DNA of 64,000 nt, taken from positions 665-64,664 of the forward strand of contig CAXTHM010000009.1 of assembly GCA_964244115.1 (NCBI GenBank), given 5' to 3'. The notes beneath the pieces were generated by a model that worked only from the letters and a program-made list of their open reading frames with translations, searched no databases and had not been told where the DNA came from. This document shows positions 56,471-64,000 of the stretch, one piece after another. The position numbers and the translations under genes were made by a program. How positions within the stretch are numbered: the stretch's first letter is position 1; every line of letters begins with the position of its first letter. The DNA is from an uncultured Thermomicrobiales bacterium (GTDB lineage: Bacteria; Chloroflexota; Chloroflexia; Thermomicrobiales; UBA6265).

Positions 56471-58909
56471 ATGGTAGCGACTCAGCCGACGGTCACGATG
56501 GTGACGGGCAAGATCAACGACGTCGAGGTCACCGTCCCCGCCGGCACGAACCTCCTGGATGCCGCCCGCAACGTCGGCATCGAGATCCCCAACCTCTGCT
56601 TCCAGCCTAAACTCCGCGCCTGGGGCTCCTGCCGGATCTGCACCGTCGAGGTGATCGGCTCCCGCGGCGGCCTGATCGAGGGCTGCGCGACGCCGCTGAC
56701 CGAGGGCATGGAGGTCCGCACCCACACCCCGGAGGTCGAGCAGGCCCGTCAATTCATCCTCCAGATGTACCTGATCGACCATGCCCTCGACTGCCCGACC
56801 TGTGACGCTTCCGGCCAGTGCTATCTCCAGGACAACACCTACCTCCACAACATCAACGCCAACCCCTACCGCCGCCCCAAGATGGCGCACAGCTACGAGC
56901 ACCTCAGTTCCACGATCGACTACAAGTGGGACCGCTGCATCATGTGCGTCCGCTGCACGCGTGTCTGCGACGAGGTCATCGGCGTCACCGCGATCGAGTC
57001 GGCCAACCGCGGCCTGGAGGCGACGATCACGCCGGCCTTCGGGGTCGACCTCTCGGAAACGACCTGCACCAACTGCGGCATGTGCATCGCCGCCTGCCCG
57101 GTCGGCGCCCTGACCGACCGCCACTTCGCCCACCACCCGTGGGAGGTCGACACGACCGAGACGATCTGCGGCGGCTGCGACGGCGGCTGCACGATCAACC
57201 TGGAGACCAACCGGGGCGTCGTCCGTCGGGCCTCCCACCTCTGGGACCGCGGTGTCAACTTCGGCTACACCTGCGAGTTCGGCAAGTGGGGCCATGAGCA
57301 GCTCCAGTCTCCCGACCGCCTGACTTACCCCATGTATCGTGACGCCAGCGGCGAGCTGGTCGCGACCGGCTGGGACGACGCCATCGAGCGGGTCGTTGCC
57401 GGCCTCGAGCACCATCAGGGGGACGGCTTCGCGGCCCTCGCCAGCCCGGACCAGACCACCGAGGAGGCCTACCTCCTCCAGCAGTTCACCCGTGCCGTCA
57501 TGGGCACCAACAACATCGACATGTACAGCACCCGCGCCCAGCAGTCGGCCGCCAGCGCCACCGAGCTCACCCTCGGCGTCGGCGTCAGCGGGACGAATAG
57601 CCTCCAGGAGCTGTTCACCGACGTGAAGTCCGCCCTGATCGTCGGTCCGGACATCAACAAGACCACCCCGATCGCGGCCTACTGGCTCAACCACGCCCGG
57701 ATCTACCGCGAGGCGAAGACGGTCGTCGTCAGCACCGACCGCTCACCGATGACCGACCGGGCCGACGTCTGGCTCCAGCCCCACCCCGGCATGACCGCCG
57801 ATGTCCTGCTCGGGATCGCCGCGATCATCGCCGCCGAGGGCTGGTCCACGGGCGCCGAGGGCGACCGCAAGCACGTCGACCCGAGCCTGGTCGCGGACGC
57901 CGCAGGGGTCGACCTGGAGGCCATGCACCGAGCCGCCCGGATCTACGCCTTCGGGGGCGCCGGGACGACCAAGGGCCCGAGCGTGATCTACCAGACCGCC
58001 GCCCGCGCCGGCGCCCCGACCAAGATCGGCGGGGGCTACGCCGGGCACTACGCCCCCGGCGATATCGGCACGTTCGTCGATGACGCCGGCTCCGTGACCG
58101 CCGCCTGCACCCTGCTCGCCACCATGACCGGCAACCTGGGCGTCGCCGGGGGCGGCGTGATGTCGCCCCGCGGCGGCGCCAACGCCCAGGGTCTTAGCGA
58201 CGCCGGCGCCCGCCCGGCCTGCCTGCCCGGCGGTCAGCTCGTATCGGATGCCGCCGCCCGTGGCATCTTCGAGACGGCCTGGGCGCCGCGCTGGGCCGCG
58301 AAGGCCAACACGACCAACGGCTTCGTCCCGGTCCGCCAGCTCTCCGACCGGCCCGGTCTCTCCGCCGCCGACCTCCCGGCCGCCATCGCACGGGGCGACG
58401 TCCGGGCGCTCTACATCGAGGGCGCCCTGGATGGCCGGGATCGCGTCCTCGATCCGGAACTGCTTGCCGTCCTGCCGCGGCTGGAGCTGCTGATCGTCGC
58501 CGACGCCTTCGGGTCGCCACTGACGGAGCTGGCCCACATCGTCCTGCCGCTGGCGACCTCGATCGAGAAGGACGGAAGCTTCACGAGCTTCGACCGGACC
58601 GTCCAGCGCGTCCGCAGCGCCGTCCCCACCCCCGGCGAAGCCCGCTCGTCCTTCGAGATCCTGCAGCGGCTCGCCCGTCGCTTCGGTTACGACATGACGT
58701 ATCGCCACCCAAGTCAGGTCATGGCCGAGCTGGCGCGGCTGACCGAGCTCTACTCCGGCATCGCCTACGCCCGGCTCGAGCGCGGCGGCATGACCGTCCC
58801 GTCGGCCGGTCGGGTCGGTGTCGGCCTGACGGTCCTGCCGGTCGCCGGGGCGGGGCTCAGCGGCCCGCTGAGCCTCCGGCCCGACGTCCGCAACCTGAAC
58901 CTCAACTAG
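56471..58909 (+). CDS. nuoG: NADH-quinone oxidoreductase subunit G-like Fe-S / molybdopterin-fold protein
   Basis: N-terminal 2Fe-2S region (CFQPKLRAWGSCRIC), HALDCPTCDASGQC, RCIMCVRCTRVC, CTNCGMCIAACPVGAL and CGGCDGGCTINLE. The formate-dehydrogenase catalytic (U/C)H block is replaced by TRAQQSAA. Confidence 0.8.
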   Translation: MVATQPTVTMVTGKINDVEVTVPAGTNLLDAARNVGIEIPNLCFQPKLRAWGSCRICTVEVIGSRGGLIEGCATPLTEGMEVRTHTPEVEQARQFILQMYLIDHALDCPTCDASGQCYLQDNTYLHNINANPYRRPKMAHSYEHLSSTIDYKWDRCIMCVRCTRVCDEVIGVTAIESANRGLEATITPAFGVDLSETTCTNCGMCIAACPVGALTDRHFAHHPWEVDTTETICGGCDGGCTINLETNRGVVRRASHLWDRGVNFGYTCEFGKWGHEQLQSPDRLTYPMYRDASGELVATGWDDAIERVVAGLEHHQGDGFAALASPDQTTEEAYLLQQFTRAVMGTNNIDMYSTRAQQSAASATELTLGVGVSGTNSLQELFTDVKSALIVGPDINKTTPIAAYWLNHARIYREAKTVVVSTDRSPMTDRADVWLQPHPGMTADVLLGIAAIIAAEGWSTGAEGDRKHVDPSLVADAAGVDLEAMHRAARIYAFGGAGTTKGPSVIYQTAARAGAPTKIGGGYAGHYAPGDIGTFVDDAGSVTAACTLLATMTGNLGVAGGGVMSPRGGANAQGLSDAGARPACLPGGQLVSDAAARGIFETAWAPRWAAKANTTNGFVPVRQLSDRPGLSAADLPAAIARGDVRALYIEGALDGRDRVLDPELLAVLPRLELLIVADAFGSPLTELAHIVLPLATSIEKDGSFTSFDRTVQRVRSAVPTPGEARSSFEILQRLARRFGYDMTYRHPSQVMAELARLTELYSGIAYARLERGGMTVPSAGRVGVGLTVLPVAGAGLSGPLSLRPDVRNLNLN

Positions 58910-58972
58910 AAGCGACGCACGTCATCGCGGCCGGCGGCGATCGCGCCGGCCGCATCAGGGAAGAGACGGGAC

Positions 58973-59488
58973 ATGTTCGACGAGGTCAAGGGGTTCGGCG
59001 TTACGCTCAAGCGGCTGGTGATGCCGGATCTGGTCATCCAGTACCCGGAGGAGAAGCGGCCGATGGCTGACCGCTTCCGGGGGCTGCCGTCGCTGCGGGC
59101 CGACCCGGAGACCGGCGAGGCGCTCTGCGTCGCCTGCGGCCTCTGCGCCCGGATCTGCCCGACGAGTTGCCTGGAGATGCACGTCGTCCCGTCGGAGGAG
59201 GGCGATCGCGAGTTGGGCGAGTTCATCCTCCGCTCCGGTCGCTGCCTGTTCTGCGGCCTCTGCGCCCAGGTCTGCCCGGTCGATGCGATCGCGATGAGCC
59301 GCGAGTACGAACTCTCGGTGATGGACCGAGACGGCCTGATCTACACCAAGACCGAGCTCGCCACGATCGGCGGCCAGGTCCCGACCTGGTGGGACTCCGG
59401 CACCGAGCCCGACCACGATACCCGCCGGCCCGAGGGCGGCCGCTACGACCGCTTCCGCGACCACGCCACCGGGAACCGGTACGAGTAG
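58973..59488 (+). CDS. nuoI: NADH-quinone oxidoreductase subunit I-like 2x[4Fe-4S] ferredoxin
   Basis: QYPEEKRP..FRG, CVACGLCARICP and CLFCGLCAQVCPVDAI. Confidence 0.82.
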   Translation: MFDEVKGFGVTLKRLVMPDLVIQYPEEKRPMADRFRGLPSLRADPETGEALCVACGLCARICPTSCLEMHVVPSEEGDRELGEFILRSGRCLFCGLCAQVCPVDAIAMSREYELSVMDRDGLIYTKTELATIGGQVPTWWDSGTEPDHDTRRPEGGRYDRFRDHATGNRYE

Positions 59489-59664
59489 TCGATTCGCGCG
59501 GTTGGGCCCTGGCAGCTGCCATCAGCCCGCGGGGCGTAGGTGATTTGCGCCATTGCCCTGTTCATTGCGACTGCTGTGGTCGCGGAGCAGTCCCCCGCCT
59601 CCCTCGATGGTAGGATCACCGGCAGCGACGCCGCCGTGACCAACCCTCAGGGAGCAACCCAGCC

Positions 59665-61074
59665 GTGAGTACCCCCGACACCGCCTTCCGGATCGAGCAT
59701 GACTCCATGGGCGACATGCAGGTCCCCGCCGGTGCCCTCTATGCCGCCCAGACCCAGCGCGCCGTCGAGAACTTCCCCATCTCCGGCTTGCCCCTCCCGC
59801 CGGCCCTGATCCACGCTCTCGGCGCGATCAAGGCCGCCGCCGCCCAGGCTAACCACGGGCTTGGCCTCCTCGACGCGGACACCGCCGACGCGATCGGTGC
59901 CGCCGCCGACCGGGTCGTCAGCGGAGAGCTGGATGACCAGTTCCCGATCGACGTCTTCCAGACCGGATCCGGCACCTCGTCGAACATGAACGCCAATGAG
60001 GTCATCGCGACCCTCGCGTCATGCACCCTCGGCCGTCCCGTCCATCCCAACGACCACGTCAACATGGGGCAATCGTCCAACGACGTCTTTCCGTCGGCCC
60101 TTCACGTCGCGGCCATCGTAGGGATCGAGCAGACGCTGATCCCGGCGCTGGCCGGACTTCACCGGTCGCTGGCCGCCAAGGCCACAGAGTTCGACGGCGT
60201 CGTCAAGATCGGCCGGACGCACCTGATGGACGCTGTCCCGATCCGGCTCGGGCAGGAGTTCTCCGGCTACGCCCGCCAGATCGAACTCGCGGGCGAGCGC
60301 CTGACCGCCTGCCTGCCCGGCCTGCGCGAACTCGCGATCGGCGGGACCGCCGTCGGGACCGGCCTCAACACGCACCCCGACTTCGGCGGCCATGTCGCCG
60401 CCCACCTCGTCGACCGCTACGGGACGGGGTTCGTCGAAGCGACCAACCACTTCGAGGCCCAGGCCAGCCGCGACGCCTACGTCTTCGCCGCCGGCACCCT
60501 GACGACCGTCGCCAGCTCCCTGATCAAGATCGCCAACGACATCCGTCTGCTCGCCTCCGGGCCGCAGGCGGGTCTCGGCGAGATCATCCTGCCGGCGATC
60601 CAGCCCGGCTCCTCGATCATGCCCGGCAAAGTCAACCCGGTCCTGTGCGAGAGCGTGATCCAGGTCGGCATCCACGTCACCGGCAGTTGCCAGGCCGTCG
60701 TCGGGGGTGGCCAATGGGGCCAGCTCGACCTGAACGTCATGCTGCCGATGATGGGCTACAACCTGCTGACATCGATCGACCTGCTTGCCAGCGTCACGAC
60801 CTCGTTCACGGAGAAGTGCCTCGTCGGGATCGTCGCCAATGCCGCGCGGTGCGAGAGCTACATCGAGGGCTCGATCAGCATGGCGACGGCGCTCAACCCG
60901 CTGATCGGCTACGAGCACGCGGCGGCGATCGCGAAGCGGGCCTATGCCGAGGGCCGTACCGTCCGTGAGGTCGCCTACGAGACCTCCGGCCTGAGCCGCG
61001 AACAGATCGACGCCGCCCTCGACCCCTACGCCCAGACCGTCCCTGGCAGCATCACCGGTGGCAGCGGCGGTTGA
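59665..61074 (+). CDS. fumC: Class II fumarate hydratase
   Basis: FQTGSGTSSNMNANEV and the signature GSSIMPGKVNP. GTG start after an AGGGAG SD. Confidence 0.93.
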   Translation: MSTPDTAFRIEHDSMGDMQVPAGALYAAQTQRAVENFPISGLPLPPALIHALGAIKAAAAQANHGLGLLDADTADAIGAAADRVVSGELDDQFPIDVFQTGSGTSSNMNANEVIATLASCTLGRPVHPNDHVNMGQSSNDVFPSALHVAAIVGIEQTLIPALAGLHRSLAAKATEFDGVVKIGRTHLMDAVPIRLGQEFSGYARQIELAGERLTACLPGLRELAIGGTAVGTGLNTHPDFGGHVAAHLVDRYGTGFVEATNHFEAQASRDAYVFAAGTLTTVASSLIKIANDIRLLASGPQAGLGEIILPAIQPGSSIMPGKVNPVLCESVIQVGIHVTGSCQAVVGGGQWGQLDLNVMLPMMGYNLLTSIDLLASVTTSFTEKCLVGIVANAARCESYIEGSISMATALNPLIGYEHAAAIAKRAYAEGRTVREVAYETSGLSREQIDAALDPYAQTVPGSITGGSGG

Positions 61075-61131
61075 CACTCAGGAGTACGACCGGACGATAC
61101 CGCCGCCCCGCAGAGGATCGTCCAGCCGCAG

Positions 61132-61187
61132 CCAGCATGAAGCCCCCTCTCCATCCGCAGAGAAGATGGGGTTAGGTGCTTTGTTTC
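61132..61187. repeat. Palindromic terminator element, copy F (degenerate right arm) downstream of fumC
   Basis: ccagcatgaagccccctctccatcc gcagagaa gatggggttaggtgctttgtttc. Confidence 0.65.
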
Positions 61188-61340
61188 GATCATCCTGCGT
61201 AAGGGCAGCTCGATCCCCGGTCATCCGAACGGTCGCGTGGCGGCGCGGCCTGGCCCTGAAGGGACCAGGCTCAGGGGTGAAAGGCACGTCGCCGCGCAAT
61301 CAGGGGAGTTACGGGCCGTCCGAACACAATCCGCACGCTC

Positions 61341-61364
61341 GGAAGGGGTTCGGGGTGGGGTCAC
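61341..61364. repeat. Orphan G-run arm of the element
   Basis: ggaaGGGGttcGGGGtGGGGtcac matches the copy B arm GGGGaGGGGtttGGGGtGGGGtca almost base for base. Confidence 0.6.
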
Positions 61365-61381
61365 AGGAGCGCCTGCGCGAC

Positions 61382-61467
61382 CAGCATGAAGCCCCTCTCT
61401 GGGCGCCTGTGAGCCGAAGCCGCTTCAGCGGGTGAGCGAAAAGGTTCTCCCCGGTTGGAGAGAGGTC
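61382..61467. repeat. Variant copy G of the element with an expanded inner hairpin
   Basis: The left flank ccagcatgaagcccctctct is shared with copy F (250 nt upstream); the right arm is ggagagaggtct. Confidence 0.5.
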
Positions 61468-61536
61468 TGCTCCGCCATCTACTCTTGCCGCTGGGAACCC
61501 GACTCCGCCACCAATTCGCCCGAAGCGACGACGAGA

Positions 61537-61614
61537 CCAGCACGACAAAGCCCCCTCTCCATCCACAAGTGCGCGGCACGCCGGCGAGATGGGGAAGGGG
61601 TTTGGGGGGTTGGG
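61537..61614. repeat. Palindromic terminator element, copy H (long loop), abutting the nfo stop
   Basis: ccagcacgacaaagccccctctccatcc acaagtgcgcggcacgccggcga gatggggaaggggtttggggggttggg. The loop is the reverse complement of the copy A/D loop. Confidence 0.8.
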
Positions 61615-61615
61615 T

Positions 61616-62473
61616 CTACACTGCCAGCGATCGCAGCGTCGCCAGATTCTTCCGGTCGAGGTCACCGCTGAGATCCTTCTCGGTTTCCAGCACGCCCATC
61701 CGCCCGGCCAGTCGCTCGTCGTTGACCAGACTTCGGAACCCCTCGAGCCCGATCTCACCGTCGCCGATGTGCTCGTGCCGATCCTTCTTGCTGCCGAAGC
61801 CGAACTTCGCGTCGTTGAGATGGAAGACCTTGATCTGGTCCAGCCCGACGATTTCCTCGAACTGATTCATCGTCTCGGCGTAGACCTCCGGCGTCCGGAG
61901 ATCGTAGCCCGCAACGAAGGTGTGGCAGGTATCGAAACAGACGCCGACCCGAGCCTTGTCCTCGATCCCGGCCAGCATCCGGGCGATCTCCTCGAACGAT
62001 TTGCCGAGCGTCGTCCCCTGCCCCGCCGTCGTCTCCAGCAACAACATCGTCTTGCCATCCGGCCGCTGGGCGAGCACCGTGTTGACCGACTCGACGATCC
62101 GCGCGATCCCGACGTCGACCCCGCTGCCGACGTGGGCGCCGGGATGGCTGACCAGGTACGGGATGCCGAGGACGTCACAGCGCTGCAACTCGACCAGGAG
62201 CGCCGCCTGCGACTTCGTCCAGAGTTCCTCGTCCGGCGAGGCCATGTTGATCAGGTAGGAGTCGTGGGCGACGACACGCCGGTCGAGCACGGTATCGGCG
62301 GCGAGGCCGGCGTGGAACGTCTCGATCTGCTCGTCAGTCAGTGGCTTCGCCGCCCACTGCCGCTCGCTCTTGGTGAACAGCTGGCAGGCCTCCAACTCAA
62401 GCTCGGCGGCCCGCTTGAGTGCCATCGGCACCCCACCGCCACTGGTCGACATGTGTGATCCGAGCGCGAGCAT
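61616..62473 (-). CDS. nfo: Endonuclease IV (AP endonuclease)
   Basis: MLALGSHMSTSGG, HDSYLINMASP, YLVSHPGAH, LLETTAGQGT and HLND. I prefer the ATG at 62473 after GAAGGGA; the track ORF starts at 62488. Confidence 0.9.
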   Translation of the reverse strand: MLALGSHMSTSGGGVPMALKRAAELELEACQLFTKSERQWAAKPLTDEQIETFHAGLAADTVLDRRVVAHDSYLINMASPDEELWTKSQAALLVELQRCDVLGIPYLVSHPGAHVGSGVDVGIARIVESVNTVLAQRPDGKTMLLLETTAGQGTTLGKSFEEIARMLAGIEDKARVGVCFDTCHTFVAGYDLRTPEVYAETMNQFEEIVGLDQIKVFHLNDAKFGFGSKKDRHEHIGDGEIGLEGFRSLVNDERLAGRMGVLETEKDLSGDLDRKNLATLRSLAV

Positions 62474-62531
62474 GGATATCCCTTCCACGGAGTCAGAGAT
62501 GACGTCAGTCGGAGAAAGCCGATCACGAGTC

Positions 62532-62894
62532 TTATCGCTTCGAGTCGGCCGACGCGAGGGCGGTCAGGGCGGTGGCGTTGAACCCGACGGTGCTGGCCCC
62601 GTCGACGACCGCCAGCGGCCGTCGGAGCAGCGTCGGCTCCTCGACCATCAGGGCGATCAGTTCCTGCTCGGTGAGGTCTCGATCGGCGATCCCCAGCTCC
62701 TTGTAGGCCTTGGCCCGAGTCGAGAGCATTTCGGCCGGCGTCCGGCCCGCGCGAGCGAGGACGGCTGCGAGCTCCTCGGCCGTGAACCGGTCCTTGAAGT
62801 AGTCGCGGCGCTCGACTTCGGCTCCCGCGTCGTCGAGCAGGGCGACCGCTTTACGGCAGGAGGTGCAGGTCGGGTGAACGTAGAGAGAGATCAT
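62532..62894 (-). CDS. ArsC/Spx/YffB family thioredoxin-fold protein
   Basis: MISLYVHPTCTSCRKAVALLDDAGAEVERRDY...LLRRPL. Confidence 0.8.
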   Translation of the reverse strand: MISLYVHPTCTSCRKAVALLDDAGAEVERRDYFKDRFTAEELAAVLARAGRTPAEMLSTRAKAYKELGIADRDLTEQELIALMVEEPTLLRRPLAVVDGASTVGFNATALTALASADSKR

Positions 62895-62917
62895 CGTGGC
62901 TCCCGGTCTGGCGCGAA

Positions 62918-62967
62918 CGTCCGACGATAGACGGATCGTCCGTACAGCATAAACGACCGTCCGTACA
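62918..62967. promoter_or_regulatory. Three direct CGTCCG(TACA) repeats at about 20-nt spacing upstream of the ArsC/Spx-family gene
   Basis: cgtccgac (62918), cgtccgtaca (62937) and cgtccgtaca (62958). Confidence 0.35.
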
Positions 62968-63231
62968 CCTGCCTGGTCCGGAGCGCCAGGTGAGATGTCC
63001 GACTCACGACAGGGCGGGAACCATGACCGGCCGACTCCACCCAGGTGTCGGTCATGTGTCGGTATCGTTCCCAGCTTCGGGCGGCGTCGAATAGACAGGG
63101 GCCGCCGCTGCGGGTAGCATTGGCCGCCGGGTCATCGCTGGCGGAGCGGCTCAGGCCATCTCCGGAGCAGCACCGTACGCCGATGCCGGACGGCGCTGAT
63201 CGACTGGCCACCCCGATCAAAGGAAGTGCTG

Positions 63232-64000
63232 ATGGCAACCGCGCCGTCGACCAGGGCCGACACGCTCGACGACGAGCCGTCACTCAGCATCGTGATCCCG
63301 GCCTACAACGAGAGCGCCCGGCTCGACGGATGCCTCCGGGATGTCTTCGCCTTCGTCCAGGCCCGGGCTGGGACGACGGAAGTCCTGCTGGTCGACGACG
63401 GCAGCAGTGACGACACCCTCCTCCGCGCCCAGGCGTTCGCGGCCGGGTCCGGTGCGCTCCGCGTCCTCGCCGAGGCGCACCGGGGCAAAGCCGCCGCCGT
63501 CGAGGCGGGGATGCTCGCGGCGACGGGATCGGTGATCCTGTTCATGGACGCCGACCTCGCCACGCCGCTCAGCTACACCGAGACCCTGATCGCCCGGATC
63601 GACGCCGGGGCCGATGTCGCCATCGCCTCGCGGGAGGGAGTCGGCGCCAGGCGCGTCGGCGAACCGATCCATCGTCACCTGATGGGCCGCGCCTTCAACC
63701 TGCTCGTCCAGGCGTTGCTGTTGCCGGGGATCCAGGACACGCAGTGCGGGTTCAAGGCCTTCCGCCGGGACGCGGCGCACGAGATCCTCCAGCGAACCCT
63801 GCTCTACCGGGGCTCGGGACTGGCCCGCGGCGCACGGGTGACGGCATTCGACGTCGAGTTGCTCTACGTCGCCCGTCGCCTCGATCAGCGGATCGACGTC
63901 GTCCCGGTCGTCTGGTCCGCTGGGAGCGACAGCAAGGTCAACCCGATCCTCGACACCTGGATCAACCTGACCGATGTCTTCGAGATCCGGGTCAACGGAT
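63232..64000 (+). CDS. GT2 family glycosyltransferase (polyprenol-phosphate glycosyltransferase-like), 3' end outside the window
   Basis: Absent from the ORF track because it is truncated. Translation reads MATAPST...LSIVIPAYNESARL...VLLVDDGSSDDT...ILFMDADLATP...TQCGFKAF. SD aaaggaag. Confidence 0.85.
   Translation, partial: MATAPSTRADTLDDEPSLSIVIPAYNESARLDGCLRDVFAFVQARAGTTEVLLVDDGSSDDTLLRAQAFAAGSGALRVLAEAHRGKAAAVEAGMLAATGSVILFMDADLATPLSYTETLIARIDAGADVAIASREGVGARRVGEPIHRHLMGRAFNLLVQALLLPGIQDTQCGFKAFRRDAAHEILQRTLLYRGSGLARGARVTAFDVELLYVARRLDQRIDVVPVVWSAGSDSKVNPILDTWINLTDVFEIRVNG

Noticed and set aside
56471-58909. The nuoG-like ORF as a selenocysteine- or cysteine-dependent formate dehydrogenase linked to selA.
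   Set aside because: The frame is uninterrupted with no in-frame TGA. The block aligned to the FdhF active site reads STRAQQSAAS and lacks Sec/Cys-His. The N-terminal cluster pattern is NuoG/Nqo3-like.

Overview
High-GC bacterial chromosomal core segment. The lineage is probably Actinomycetota or Chloroflexota: it has mycothiol-type mshA/mscR homologues, Tat signals, GAAC-N4-GTTC SOS boxes and -10 boxes abutting start codons. It is mostly housekeeping. I call about 50 protein genes: dnaN (partial), two cyclophilins, queA, ruvB, cinA, ybeY, mutM, a sugar ABC transporter, an mscR-like ADH with an MBL hydrolase, ftsH-hpt-tilS, pcrA-dgt-dnaG, selA, thiD-thiE, secA, mnmG, trkA, gdh, gatB, nuoG/nuoI-like, fumC, nfo and others. 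RNA features are 10 tRNA genes, an RNase P RNA sandwiched inside a tRNA cluster, and a TPP riboswitch. I saw no transposase, integrase, CRISPR array or prophage. Four things are most worth a second look. (1) A consensus promoter plus LexA-type SOS box drives a Rad52/Sak-like annealing-protein operon back-to-back with dnaN, and nearly the same box sits in front of ruvB. (2) A dispersed family of conserved palindromic elements forms the intrinsic terminators of unrelated genes, and one arm is a four-run G-quadruplex motif always on the template strand. (3) Two noncoding islands are built from or bracketed by these elements (44.1-44.5 kb and 61.1-61.6 kb). (4) Smaller oddities include a GNAT gene with an in-frame TAG, an orphan selA, a CAT-anticodon tRNA next to tilS, and a two-gene hypothetical operon encoding a 557-aa helical-repeat membrane protein. 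All calls come from reading the sequence and remembered family motifs; no database or covariance-model search was possible. The very long ORFs antisense to real genes are treated as GC-bias shadow ORFs.
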